Notes under the pieces: generated by a model
What the model was told of the DNA's origin: nothing
Database searches by the model: none
Seen by the model: only the letters and a program-made list of their open reading frames with translations
Made by a program: the position numbers and the translations under genes
Shown: positions 40,401-54,397 of the stretch, piece after piece
How the letters are laid out: each line of letters starts with the position of its first letter
Position numbering within the stretch: the stretch's first letter is position 1
NCBI GenBank assembly: GCA_013239625.1
Contig: MU056000.1
Span: forward strand, 13,529,175 to 13,593,174
Origin: Lama guanicoe
Taxonomy: Eukaryota
Direction of reading: 5' to 3'
DNA length: 64,000 nucleotides

Positions 40401-42244
40401 CAAAAATCTCTAAAGAGCAAGAGTGATAGTAGTTATTCTTAAGTACACCAAGCAAATGGTCATCTGGGAAAATAAAATTGAACATATGTTGTATATATGT
40501 CTACTTCTACAAACTAAATATATCTATACATGTACATATATGCATACATGTATATATATATGTGTATGTGTGAATACACACATATATGTAGTACCTATGT
40601 ATGACTACATATCCATAATGTAACATTTATATATTATATATTAAATATATATGGTGTGTGTATCTATGTATTAGATCAAAAATAAAACTAATTTTAAGTG
40701 GTAACTGAGCTCTTAGAAAGAGAGTTGAAGCTGGAGGATCATTAGTGAGAATGTTGGATCTGGTCTAAATTTTTTCTGTTTTATACTTTAAATGTCATAT
40801 TTTACCAAATATGAAAGCATCATTATAACTTGTGCCAATTTTTCTTATATCTCTAATGAAGAAAACATATTAACAATTAAATTATGACATGTTATTCCTT
40901 CAGTTATCTTCCCAGCCCATCATTAGTGTCAACTACATTGATATAAAAGATCTTGCAACTTTTATATCCTCAGTGGCATTTCATATCATATGCCAAGCAA
41001 TCCTTTTGTAACCCAGCTTCATTCAAATGTTTGTATTTTCCATTCTTAGGTTTCACAAAACACTCAATTCATACTTTGCAAGGAAATAAGATTCTAAGAC
41101 ACTTCACCATTTCAAAAATGTTCAAAAGGGAAAAAATATTTATGCACTGATCAAATGTGGTGTGTTGATAAAACAGAATGATTACAAGGATTTTTTTCCC
41201 TGTATGTCTCTTGAAAATGTTCCAACTACTTTAGCAAATAATTCTGTCTAGATTCATAATTTAATTTGTCTCCATTATTTATAAATTATATGATCCATGT
41301 TTATTAAGAATTCAAGTTCCTTGAAATGTCAAGTTTCCCAAAGAATCTGAGAGCCTATGTTTAAAAGAGAAACAAAATATCCTTCTGGGACTGTGACAAA
41401 CTGAGATCTAGGGTTATTATCACTTTTAATGCTTCCTTAGTTAGATGCTAAGTTGAAACAAAAGTACCCAAAAGGGAAAATGGTATATCTGTTTTTAGTA
41501 CATACCTATTATCCTTTGACAGTAACACATTTTGAAATAGGACCTTGGGAAAAAAAACAATTACAAAAAAAGGCAGAAATGATCCCACTGGTCATTCCGA
41601 TAACTTTCAAAAGATTGCATGTTAAAAGCAACTGCGGTTGCTATAGTTTGTACTGATAATTTAATTATTTAAAAGAGGAAAGTCTGAACCAGTAATTCTT
41701 AAATGCAGCAAGTGTTAGCTTTTACAGTTATCTTTTTAAAAGCCTAACAAGAAAATAAGTACATTTTCAACTTTAAAATAGAGTATGCGTGTTCTATAAT
41801 CTAATTAAGCAGCAATTCTCAACCTTTATTCCTTTGGAATTTGTAAGCTGTTTGCATTTCCCAAAATACTCGAGAAACAGGAGGTTTAGGGCACAAGGGG
41901 AGAAGAATGGATCCCCAGAGGAGTTTCTACCCCAAGAAGGAATGGGGCTATTAAGGCAGAACCTAGACCTTAGCAAATACCTCACAATGTTTACTCAATT
42001 CTCTGCTGATTAAAATGTTTATTTTCTTATTTTTCTATTATACACAATCATCTTTGGGTACTTGTGGGTTTTTGTTTGTTTGTGTTTTGGTTTTTTTTGC
42101 ATTATTTCCAAAAGCGAAATTGCTACATCAATGAGAATTAACATTTTTAAAGGTTTTTATGTATATTATCAAATTCCTTTTCACAAAAGATGAAACATTT
42201 TCTCATCATTTTGAAAGTGTGTTCCCATAGGTTCTATTGTTATT

Positions 42245-42610
42245 ATTTATTAGGATTCAGTGTAAGATGATACAATAAAAGGGTTTCAAACCACCACAGC
42301 TTATATGAGGTTGAGTTTATTTTTGTCTCATAGGAAAGGTGAGCAGGCAGTCCAGGAGTGATGGGTGGTGCTTTTTTTCCAAAATTATGCCCCCCCCCGA
42401 AGTTTAAGGCACTGTGTCATTTCCTCCCATTTCCCATACATCAAGAAGAAAGAAAGAGGAAGTGAGCAGGAAAAACATAAACCTGTGAAATCATGATCCA
42501 GAAACATCACTTTTGCTTACTTTTAATTGTCCATTGTCACACCCAGCAGTAAGGGGTGCAAAAAATTTAGCCTCCAGCTGTGTCCGTGTCCTGAGCTGAA
42601 ACTCGTAGGG
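42245..42610 (-). mobile_element. Old MaLR LTR (MLT1J-like)
   Basis: tattaggattcag...caggcagtccaggagtg...catcacttttgcttac...cacacccagcagtaagggg. Confidence 0.5.
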
Positions 42611-43058
42611 CATGACCTTTAACACCTAATTCAAATGTTTACTTTTTCTCATACAGGTTTTATAAAAAAGTACTTATCATGTATCTTTGGATTAATTATT
42701 TTATAATTTATCTTTTATGGGTTTGTTTATATATTCTTTCTATATCAAAAGTTTCTTCTGTTAATACTATAATTTAGTTGAATTGTGTATGTACGTATGT
42801 ATGTATTTAGTCTTTGGGTATGTCTTTAGAATTCATGCTTAGAAATTCCACATCTTCTTCAATGTTCTGAATATATTCAATTATTTCTCTTTTAGAATTT
42901 CTGTGAGAAATTTTTGCATTTAAATATTTGGCTCATGGGATTAGTTTTAAATAATTCAGATGTATCTTTTTTTTTCTTTTAATAAACTTTTCCATTTGAC
43001 CTAACACAATACAAAAAATGCTCATGCTGGTTAAAATTGAATAAACAGGTAGATCTCA

Positions 43059-43106
43059 GATAGATAGATAGATAGATAGATAGATACATACATACATACA
43101 TACATA
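43059..43106 (+). repeat. Compound microsatellite (GATA)7(CATA)5
   Basis: Read directly. Confidence 0.95.
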
Positions 43107-43289
43107 ATATGTACATGAAAAGAAAGATTAGTTTTTAAAATCCATTGTTACAATCCAAAAAGTATGTTCTGTTGTAAAATAAGATTTGTTATTTTATACA
43201 TTTTTAAGAATGTTAATTCATTAAAAATGATCACCGGTTGCTTGTGTTAACATTTTAAAAAATTTGTTCATTATGTATTAGGAACTACT

Positions 43290-44930
43290 GGAAGAAATAT
43301 GAAAGAAAGAAAGAAAGAAAGAGAAAAAGAAAGAAAGAAAAACAAAATCACAGACGAAAGAAAGAAAACCTACATAAAAGATAAACAGTGCAGACATACA
43401 ACAAAGAAGGAAGCAAAATAAAATCAACAACATATAAAGTATCTACAGAGAGAGATAAAACAGATACAAAACATGTAAGAGATTAGTTAATAAGACATTA
43501 GAAAGGCAGAAAATAGATGATAAGTAGAGAAAAATAAACAAATTCTATTATGTTAGAAGAAATGAAAAAAAAGAGAGATGAAAACATTCAGACACATTTA
43601 AGGGCATATCTAAGGGAAATAAAATCAGGAAAAACAAGATGCAAAGGGGAGAAAAGAACTACAAGCAAAAAAGAAAATTGAAAAATACAAATGGTAGGCA
43701 AAACATATTAATCGTAAACATATTTTGTATTTCTGAGAGACGGAATGGAAGAAATGAAACAAAAGCATAACCCAAGATAAAATAGATGAGAATTTGCTAA
43801 AATCAAGAAGACATAAATCAACAAAAAGTACAACATACAACCCAGAGACTTTTGCTACTTAATATGCAAAGTCATAACTAAATCTAAGTGACTATTAAAG
43901 AATAATAGTGAGAAATCCTGCAGAAGATAAATTACAAGGATTAAAATTCATAATTCATATGTATTGCTAAATAGTCTACATAACAAAAAAAGAAAAACAG
44001 CTTCTAAAATAATAAATCAAACCCTGGATTCATAAAAGAGAATTTCAGAAAGAACAACAGTAGATTACTTTAGTGCATTTTTTTCTCACGATATGATAAT
44101 CATATAGACCAAGGGACAAGTCTATCAATGACCTAAATAACTTAATTGATGGGTCATATTACATAACTTTATCCCATAGATATATGTGGTATCTCCATAA
44201 AATTTGATGAATAAATATCCACACATACATTTCAAAATCTCAAAATACTTCATTCTTGTGTCCCTGTGGACACTGACAAAAGTTTAACTGTAAATATACT
44301 GCAAGTGAATCTCAGCAAAAATTTATAAAATTAAATGTATTTAGGTACATGTTTATATATGATTACACTCTGATCCCAAATAAATTAACTTGAAATTAAT
44401 AACAAAAAACAAATCATCTCACTTGTAAATCAATAAAACATGAATAAAATTCTCTTATAACTAATGCTAGAATAAATCAATAATCAAAACAAATACTTCT
44501 ACAAATATAACACAGATGTGAATATTATTCATTAAAGCCAACGGGATTTAGTTTAAACAATACTCAGGATAAAATTTACAGCATAACTTCTAATATTATT
44601 AAGAAAACAAAGAACAACAACTTTAAAAAATGAAACTAAGTATTAAAATAAAATATTAGAACCACAAAACAAAACTAAATGCAAAAGAGATTAAAAATAA
44701 AACCTCTAAGTTGATTAGAAAATACACTAAAGTATAGAACTAACCAAAAACAGATTCTTGATTTTTAGAAAAAGCCCACAAAATAAATCAGCAAAATTAA
44801 AAAGCATAATAGTATGCATTTTAAATTATTCAAAATAATAATGTGAATGAAACGACAATAATAGAGCCAAAAGAAATTAAAGTAATTATAAGGTAATAAC
44901 TTTCTCAATCACATGCAAATAATTTTGGTC
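43290..44930 (+). mobile_element. Old L1M ORF1-to-ORF2 endonuclease-region fragments with a (GAAA)n tract
   Basis: Extremely A-rich; gattacactctgatcccaaataaattaacttgaaattaataacaaaa, aatactcaggataaaatttacagca. Confidence 0.6.
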
Positions 44931-45565
44931 ACCAGCACAGGTTGGTTAAAATTTTTTAAAGAGGTTGAAAATAATAAACTCATAATAGTAACTGTTATTT
45001 AGGAATACTGCCTGGATACAGGCACATTGAATCTCACACAAAAGCAGCAGCCTGAGTCCCTTCATGTCTGTGATGGAGAGTTCCCACACCTCCCAGGAAG
45101 GAAGGGTATTGTCTGTATTTGCAAGAGTAGAGTGTGATCTAGCTTCACCGTTTTTAACTCTGGAGGAGGTCTAAAGTTGAAACAAATCACTTACCATAGA
45201 ATAAGTATAAAATAACTTGAAAATTGAAAGCAGAGTGGGTAGGGAAACAGCTGGCAGCTGCATAACAGCCAAAATTCAAAGAGATTTTAAAACTTAGAAA
45301 CCTGTGAAAAATGTCACAATATCTGTACAGTTTAAACTGTAGAAAGTAATCTGTACTATACGTTCATAATCCATTTTGGATTGCTGTCTTATTGACGTCT
45401 TAGCTTTAATAATAGAAATGATAATATCAATCGAAAAGTATAAACACAATAATGTTCAGAATCATTACTGAGCAAATAAATAAAGTTATAAAAGTAGCTG
45501 TGTATAAATTTGTCAGAAATTTGGGTAAATTAAGGTATATTCATAGATTTCTCTAGTTCTCCAGA

Positions 45566-45781
45566 TCAGGGATCAGAAACTGTTTGCTTTAAGGAACAAA
45601 ACAGTAAATAGTTTCCATTTTGTGGGCCATATGGTCTGTTGCAGCCACTTGATTTTGCATGAGAGCAGCCATAGAAAATTAACAACAAACAAACAAGCGA
45701 GCATGGCTGTGTTTCCATAAACTTTATTTACAGAAGCAGTGAGTTGGAAAAGGCTCCTATCTACAGGTTCCCGAACTCCAG
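45566..45781. mobile_element. MER58A hAT-Charlie element
   Basis: cagggatcagaaact...ttttgtgggccatatggtctgttgcagccact...gagcatggctgtgtttccataaactttatttaca. Confidence 0.85.
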
Positions 45782-45959
45782 TCTAAATCATCTATACAAG
45801 CTTGTAGGAAGAAAAAAGGTTGATTAAAAAAAAAAAAGAACGAGAATTCATAAAACTTATAAAATTGGCTAAAAGTTTTTCAGTGACATTGTTGGTTTCT
45901 TTACCTGTACTTTAATTCTCGATGACATTTCAAAATGTATATTACAAGATGGAGAAACA

Positions 45960-46080
45960 TGCCATTCTATTTTTATTTTCATTTTACAAGTAAGGATTCT
46001 TACGGGATATAGCAATTTTCTCAAGGTCACAGGGCTGTAAATGATTGATTTTTATTTGAAATCAGATGATTTGACTCCAC
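45960..46080 (-). mobile_element. MIR fragment
   Basis: ttcattttacaagtaagga...tcaaggtcacagggctgtaa...atttgaaatcag...tttgactcca. Confidence 0.65.
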
Positions 46081-47689
46081 TTAGCAGGTAAACAGTGCTA
46101 AATAATTAAAACCATTGGGCGCAATCCTAATTTATCTATGCAGGACAGTTTCAGAAGTGAAAAGGTGACAATGAATTTCACTTCAAAATATATATCATCA
46201 TTTAAGTGCAAATTTTTATTAACACAAAATTATTCATGCTAAAATAGTGACTTGATAAAAATATTTAAGAGGAAGTTCATTAGATGTTAGAAAAAAAAAA
46301 AGATGATCTTTTCATGTTTGATAAACTCCTTTAGGATTTTAAGACTTAGGAAAGATCAAATATTAGGAGCCTGCCATTGACATAATTTGAAGTTTGCACA
46401 GCTTTTCTCTCTCAAGAAATATATTCATGAACATGTATGAAATAATTGAATTTACTAATGATTATTGAAAAAGGAAGAAGCAATTTTCAAAGAAAAAAAA
46501 ATAAATATTCTCTTTATTTGCCCCATAATGCAATTTCAGTCTGCACATGGAACAAGGTTGATTGTTCGTGAGTACAACTTCCCTTACAGCTCTAATATGT
46601 TATTAAATATTTATAAACTTTAACAATATTAACTATTATTGCTCACCTTTCTTTAGGCTGGCATAATTAATGCCTATATTCTATTTTCACTTATAATTTA
46701 TGTATTAAATACCATTTGATGATGCTCAATTAGCGTTTGTGTTTTAAAATTGTGCTATATATAACTTAATTAAGTAGGAGTTCAAGAAGTCAGTAGATTT
46801 TATTATCTCAAAGGGAAATCAGTATAATATGATTTGCAAGGAGTAAAAGGATGAGGGCAAATCTCTGATTTAGGCCAGAAAATACTTGTGATGCTGAAAA
46901 TACAATAACTTCATGTTTGAAGTAGTTCTTAAAGATTTTCTATTCTAATGACTCCACTGATGATTGGGTACTTTCAAAATAGTTTGCCTAACAAACATTC
47001 AGGCTACCCTAGCATACAACCAGTACAATAAAACCATTTCCTTACGATGTCATGTCACTTTCAGAAAACTCTCATCATCAGGTAACGGTCCTTATTTTGA
47101 GCTGTATTTGTCTTCTAAAATGTTTTTAACTTGTTGCCATGTTTGTTGGATTGGCTCACATGAAATATTTACTCTTTATATTTTCAGATATTACTTTAAT
47201 GAGCCCCTAAATTGTCGTTTCTTGTCATTAATTTGGAGGCTCTTTAGCTGTCCCTGACATGCCAAGTATATTTCCCTTAGAAACACTACAGTTTGTTTTT
47301 AATTAACCTTTCAAAATAAGTGACCTCCGCCCAATTGAGCACATTATTTTCAATAGAGCCAAAGGAACACATATTATTTCTCATCTCCCTCAAAAGCTTG
47401 CAGAAACTAATTACCTTTCGAATTTTTTAAGCTTTTCTTCCCTGACTTTTAAAATAAATATTGGCATTAATGGGCATGGGGAATTTAAAAAATGTTTAAA
47501 ATTTTCAACAGCATCCCCCATTTTTGTTAATTAAAAAAAAAATAAATTCTGGTACCTGCTTCAATATAAGATCTCGTGAAAACAGTGTTGCTAATCACTG
47601 ATTTGACTGGTTAAAGTCCTGGTAAATGGCACTGAACCTCCAGCTACTAATGCTTGAGGAATGACATTGATGTTTGTGTGTTTTATGTG

Positions 47690-48900
47690 TCATGAAAAGG
47701 TAAGACTGGAGAAGAGGTGAGAAAGCTAACAAGGAGCTATACTGTGTATGACCTATGATGCTTTGATTAAGATTTTGGCCTCAACTATATTCAATATCTT
47801 GTAATAACATTTATAGAGAAAGAATATGAATACAAATATGCATATGTACATGCATGACTAGGACATTGTGCTGTGCACCAGAAATTGATGTATTGTAACT
47901 GACTGTACTCCAATAAAAAAAAAGAGAGATTATAGAAAGTATGCATAGAACAACTGATTTATAAATCAATAAACTTGGGTGTTGGGAACAAAAAAGATTT
48001 TGGCCTCTACTAGAGTAAAATGGGAAGTCATCAAAGAATTTCAAGCAAATGAATGACATATGATTTTAAAACCTCAATTTGGCAATTAAGCATGTCCAGG
48101 GTGGAAGCCAGAGACCAGTTAAACATGATTACAATGATCTAGATGACAGAATTCTGTCTCCTGAACGAGGGTGAAAGCAGTGGAGAAAATATACACTTGA
48201 TAGCTTTTAACATTTGAGATGACAAAATTCATAAAGCATAAAAAACTTTTTAAAGGAGTTTAAAAAAAAAGAATCTGAGAAATGGGGTAGTAACTATAAT
48301 ACAGAATTAATATTGTGTTTGTTCGGGACTTTTTGGTTAAAATGAATTATTGTGTAACGTGGATGTACATAGATGATGATGATCAGTAGAGAAGGCGATA
48401 GTAATGCTGTAAAAAAGGAGCAGAGCAATCTCTGGAGTGATGACCACGGGAAGAAAATGAAGAGCCTACCAGATGCTGGGAACCATTCTGGGCAGGGAAG
48501 CCACAGCAGTGAAAAGACAACGTCCCCAATTCCCTATAGCTCACATTTTCATGGGATGATAAGGTGGAGATAAAGTTCAATAAAAATAAACTACTCAACT
48601 TTATAAATATAAATTATATTATATTGGTTTAAAGTGCTATAAAATGCAGAGGAAATGCTTTAAAATGATATAAGGTTGCTAACTTATTTAAGGTCCTCAG
48701 AAAGATAGAAGAGGAGATAGAATCCAATCCAGTGGACAAGTGGGGGTGTCTTTACGTAGGATACGGATAGTCCATGTGCAGTGACAGGAGAAAAGACAGC
48801 ACGAAGGTCAAGACACAAGTGGGCTAGCGGCCTCAGCGGTTGGAGTGCTACCATTTTCTTCTCATTTCTCCTGTTATTTCAATTAACTAAGGATCAGGAT
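47690..48900 (-). mobile_element. L2 fragments (host of the L1 insertion)
   Basis: gagtaaaatgggaagtcatcaaagaatttcaagca, gtggaagccagagaccagtt, gagatagaatccaatccagtgg. Confidence 0.55.
47783..47993 (+). mobile_element. 5'-truncated camelid-type L1 tail plus about 66 bp of 3'-transduced sequence
   Basis: L1 3'UTR 47783-47923; perfect 14-bp TSD aagattttggcctc at 47769-47782 and 47994-48007. Confidence 0.85.
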
Positions 48901-48989
48901 TAAAAAGAGTTTGAAGTGTAAAACCCTTACAAGCGGAGAAGGTCACGGAGAAATCCATCAAGAATGGGTTAAACCTTGGGAAGAAAATC

Positions 48990-51130
48990 TGAGCCCTAGG
49001 TAGAAGAACAAATTTGTTCTTTTTAAAAACTGTTCTGACTACTCTAGGCTTTTGAATTATGCACAAATTTTATAATCATCTTTCAATTTCTATATATACA
49101 CACAGGGTGTTGGGATTTTTATTGGGATTATATTGATTCTATAGGTTAATCTAGGGAGAATTGACTTAATATTCTCTTCTAAGTCATTCACATGGGTCTC
49201 TCCATTTAGTTAAGCTTTTAATGACTCACCAGTTTTTATAGTTTTCATTGTACAATGCTTGTACTTTGGTAAATTTATTCATATTTTATTCTTTTTGATG
49301 CCGTTGTGAATGCAATTTTTCTTAATTCCATTTTTAGATTGTTTAAAGCTAGTATGTAGACATTAAACTGTTTTTTTTGTATATTGAGCTTTTATCTCTT
49401 GATCATGTAAAATTTACAAGTTTTATATTTTCCTTAGAATTTTTGATATAGTTGCTCATAGATGTCCAGCTCATATCATGTCCTCTGTGAAAAAATGAGA
49501 GTTTTACTTCGCCCCTGCAATCTGGGTGGGTTTTCTTTCTATTGATTGCCTTATTTCACAGGAAGGGATTTCTGTCCAAGGTTGAAGTGGAAGGATTGAT
49601 GACCTTAGTTTTTCTGCCAGCATTCAAGAATTACCGTCGAGTATGGTCTTAGGTGCTGCATTTTGTTGATTCCATTTATTGGGCAAAATGTTTTCCCTAA
49701 GAGTTACCATTCTTCATGTGCTAAGATGACCATCTGCTTTTTTATAATATGGATAATGTTATATAGATTATGCTAAAATGATTAACTATAGTGCTTGATT
49801 TTCAATTGACAAATCAGCTTTGCATTCACTATTTGAAACTTCATATGGTCACAAAGCATCATCCTTTTTGTGTAGTGCTGCATTTTAGTTCCTAAAATTT
49901 TCTTAAGGAATTTTATGTCTATATCCATTAGGAATATTGGTCAGTTTCTTTTCTTCATGAAGTCTGGTTTCAGGGTCGGTGCAATCTTGATATCAGAATG
50001 ATTTGTAAAGCTTTTCTTCATTTTCTGACCAATTTGTACAAAGCTGTTATTTTTCTTCCTTAAGGATTTTGTAGAATTCACCCGTGAATCCATCTGCAAC
50101 TGAAGTTTTTATTGTTATAGTTGTTGTTACTCAGAATTTTAAATTATGAGTTCAATGCATTGCTACAGGGTAACTCATATTATCTATTTATTCTCAAATG
50201 GAATGTGGTAGTTTGTGTCTTTCAAGACATTTTTTTCATTGTATCTGTTTAAAAAAAATATTGGCCTAAGATTGTTCATAATATACGTATTGTCATTTTA
50301 CAGTATGTAGGACATGAAGTTATATTGTTATCTCATTCTAGATATTGATAACTTTTTTCTCTTCTTTATTTTTATACTCAGCAGTATGGCTAGTGATCTA
50401 TTAATTTTTATTGTTCTTTACAAAGAACAGCTGTTGGTTTCTTTGATTTTTCTCTATTTTGTTTTTTGTTTAAAAATTATTGATGTCTGCTACTATTTCT
50501 TTCCATCTGCTTTATTTTAAAATATTCTTCCTTTTTCCAGTTTCTTAAGGTAGAAACTTTATTTGATACATATCTTCTTTTCTAATACAAGCATTGAAGC
50601 TATAATTTCCCCAAAGCACTATTTTGGCTGCGTTTCAGAAAATTGTAGACATTTCATTTTTTATTTTTATATTAGTTCAAAACATGTTTAATTTCCCTGT
50701 AATTCACTCTTTGAAATCTGTGTATTTAAAAGTGCTTTGTTTAAATGCATATTTGTTGATTCCCCAGATACTTTTCTGTTAATAATCTCTAATTTACAAT
50801 CCATCTTCTAAGAATATACCTTTAATAATTTCAGTTTTTAAAAAAATTACTGAGAATTGTTTTATGGCCCATAATATGGTGTACCCTGTTAAATGTTTTG
50901 TGAATATTTATAGCAAAACTTGTATTCTGTTCTTCTCAGGTAAAATGTTAAGTGGAAGTCCATTACAGTATCCAAGTTGATAGGGTTCAAGTTTTCTATA
51001 CTCTTGCTCCTTATCTGTCACTTTGTAATATCAGCTACTCAGAATGAGATATTGAAATTTGCAACTATAATTATGCATCTCTTTTCTTTTTAAGTTTTAG
51101 CACTTTGCTTCATACTGTGATGTGTGAAAT
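48990..51130 (-). mobile_element. Old L1M ORF2 fragment, about 2.1 kb
   Basis: tgttgggatttttattgggattatattgattctatag, tgtagaattcacccgtgaatccatctg, aagcactattttggctgc. Confidence 0.85.
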
Positions 51131-52129
51131 GCAATTTTGTTAAGGATGCCTGACTCACATTTGCCTCTAAGTGACTGTATAGCTGTCTTGTGATAAAGGG
51201 ACATTAAACATGCTTTCCCACTTTCTTTTCTTATAAACACTTTTCCCCAAAATACAATTACTGTTAGGTAAATATATTAATATTGGTTAATATTGTAATT
51301 ATATTTACTCTACTACGGTTAAGCATATGGCTACCCCCTCAAAGGAAATGAACTATTAAAATACCCCAAATCTGTTATCAAATTTTGGAAAGTTTTAAAA
51401 AGTTCTAGAATATATTGATAGAATGTTGCATAATTTATATAACCAATGATATAATGATGTATGTATAGTTGGGTCTAAACACTCAAAATAAATCTGAAAG
51501 GTCTATAAGCCAATGGAGAGCCATGCGTGCCAGGAGCACCCAGGCCCATCAGTCAGTACATGGATCTGGCTAACCAGATAACGATGAGTACTGACTCCCA
51601 CCGTCTCTCCAAAGCACACCAAGCTTGTTGAAAAACACAGCATACCGACCAGAGGATGGTTCCAACCTTGCTGAAGATCAGAGAAAAGACATCTGAAAGC
51701 AGAGATCATTACGTGTGCTGGTGGGAGTAAGACTCAAATTCCTTGTGAGGATCCCTCAACATATACCCTGTACATTTGACAGTTTCCCCCCCATTTCCTC
51801 ACAGTTGCCACTTAACCTGAAAGCATGTTGTCATAGGGAACAAAGCTTTTGTTTTAAAATGTTCATCACTTTTCTAAAAGGAAACAAAGTCTATATATGT
51901 CCAAATTTAAGTAGAAATTCTCATTAGCAAACATTTCTTGCTGTAAAGGAATAACAAGGACTAGATTTGCCAACCGACATTAAACACCTAGAAAACCACA
52001 TGCACGTGCACGTGCGCACACACACACGTCAGGTGCTTTCAGACTTGAAATAACAAGTAGCAAAGATAACAATTCCTCGGGGGAGAAAAAAACATGGGAT
52101 GGAATCTAGCTGTGCCTAGTTCACTGCCT

Positions 52130-52700
52130 GAAAACTTTCCAGGATGCAATAGATACAGAGAAATGTTCTCAGTAAGACCAGACACTATTGATGATGAGTT
52201 GAGGAGATAGAGTTTGGAGATCAGAGAGGTCAAAGCAATTAGAATATGTGGGACAGATTACTGAAGAAGTGGAAATTAGAGAGAGAGAGAGAAACAGAGA
52301 GACAAAGAGACTGAGAAACAAGAGAGCAAGAAATCTGCAGAGAGAGTCCCTTGTGTCTTTAGCAATGGACTCAAGGTCAGTGGCAGAAGAAAGGAAGGAG
52401 CCTAAGTTAGATAACACTTTCTTCCTAGTTACACAGTGGAAGAGGATACCATTAACTAGAATAATAAATCAATAATGGAAGAAGAGGGATTCCAAGAGAG
52501 GAGGATGAGTTAAGCCATGGCTACACCACCAAAGTATCTTTAAATTCTATAGGACATGTAGGTTAAAGAGAGTGTAGAAACCAGGAAAGAGATCTGACTT
52601 AGAAAACACGATCATGACTCTTTGGAAGTGGATAAGGACTTCAAGGGGCATCAAGGTAGAGTGAGAAGAAAGAAACAAGGCAACAAACATGGCCATGAAT
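52130..52700 (-). mobile_element. L2 fragment
   Basis: Purine-rich; tttagcaatggactcaaggtcagtgg, ggatgagttaagc, aggaaagagatctgacttaga. Confidence 0.5.
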
Positions 52701-53289
52701 AAGACACTCTGATTACATCTATAAAGCAAACACCAGCTTTGAAATGTTTTAAACGTTTCTTCTTGATTTGTAGAATACCACGTTCTTAAGAAGAGGGAAA
52801 AAAAGACACAGTTTTCTTAAATGAAGTTTTTCTTCAAAGCAATATATATATATTCATCTTAAATAAATCTATGAACTTAGCAATGTAAACTCATGATAGA
52901 TTTCCCTGTATTAAGCTGGCTGTTCAGTATTTCTCTTTGATGTACTTTATAGTGCATTTCCCTTACTAGGTCTTGCGTTAAATTTCACTTTACAAAATTA
53001 TTTTTGCATGTACATGAGAGGTGCCAGTTGTATGACTTTGTCTAAGCCACTCTCCTACTCATAGACACAGCCAGCACATCATCACAACGGATTAAGTTCT
53101 CATTTTTAACATGTGTCCAACACTGGTAAACAGTGAACCTGAAGTGAACCAGGGGGATGCTGACTTCTCACAAGAGACTCACCTTCAGAAGTAAAATATA
53201 TGAGATTTTTATTTTTAGGACAATGTCTGCCCATTTTGAGGCAATGCTAATTTACTTCTTAATTTTAAGATAAACGAATAGAGCAAAAT

Positions 53290-54092
53290 TGTGGTAGATG
53301 AATTTCTAGCACACATCCCCTCCCAGAAACATCAACTTGAATAATTATCTGCTCATATAGGTATCCCCACAAGATTTAAAGGTTCCAGGTGAAGAATTGT
53401 AGTACCTAAGTGAAACAAAGAGACAAGAAGGGACGCACTGAGGAGGGGAGGAAAGGGAGATTCACATCACCCCGTCATCTCTTGCCCAAGCCCAAGCAGC
53501 CCAGCCCACTGACACCTGTTCGGTGGGAGAAGGAGAGTGAACTGAGCACCTGATTTCACCAAAGCCTCCAACACTAGGCTTACCCCGCAGCCCTAGGTGC
53601 TTCCTGGAGGGCTCTCATGAATCCTGGCTCCCAGCACACCCAAGTGCCTGCTAGCTTCTGTAACCCCAGGCAGCTACGTTGTGCCTCTACCAAACCCAGC
53701 TCCAGTGGCACCAGACTCCTGGCTCACCCCAGTGCTGACCAGCTCTCACGGCTCCAGGTGACTCTTGTGGCCCCAGGGTCCTATCAGTCTCCCACAAAGC
53801 CAGGTTCCCAGCCAGCACAAGGTTAATTACCCTGGAACCAGGACCCTGGCACATTCCAACACCAGGGCAGCCCCTGCAGCCCCAACATCGTGCCTGGATC
53901 CCATGGCTCTTGGTCCACCCCACTGCCAGATCCAGCCTTCAGGTGCCCTCTGAGGTCCTCATTTTACAGGACAATTCCTATAGCTCCAGTGCCAGGCCAC
54001 CCACATGGCCCCAGCCTCAAGGCCAACTCAGGGAAGCCAGGTCCCAGACTGCCTCAGTGCCAGATCAGCCCCCACAGACCCAGGTACCAGGT
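53290..54092 (+). mobile_element. L1 5'UTR fragment (L1M2/M4-like) with GC-rich internal sub-repeats
   Basis: cccctcccagaaacatcaacttgaataattatct start; recurrent ccaggctccagg-like and cccacagacccagg-like units. Confidence 0.65.
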
Positions 54093-54397
54093 CATGCATT
54101 TTATAACTTCTTGCCACACATGTGATTTACTATATGCTATGATTATAACAATTTTTATGTATGAAAAAATCTAAATATTGATTGATATCCAAGTGAGGGA
54201 AGAAAACTAACTACATTTATTCTTTGTTCATTTCCATATATGTATTTAAAAAAAACCCTCTTTATATTTAATGTAATGAAAATCTTCTGTTTAACACAAT
54301 GGTTAAGTCTCATGTTTTGACTAAATCCAAAAACTCCAGATTCCTTAAAACATTTTTGTAGCCTGAGAAGGTTTCAGAGTAAGTTTTCACGTATTTA

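Noticed and set aside
53617..54174. Cluster of Pro/Gly-rich overlapping ORFs, or a CpG-island promoter
   Set aside because: Explained by the GC-rich L1 5'UTR; CpGs are depleted
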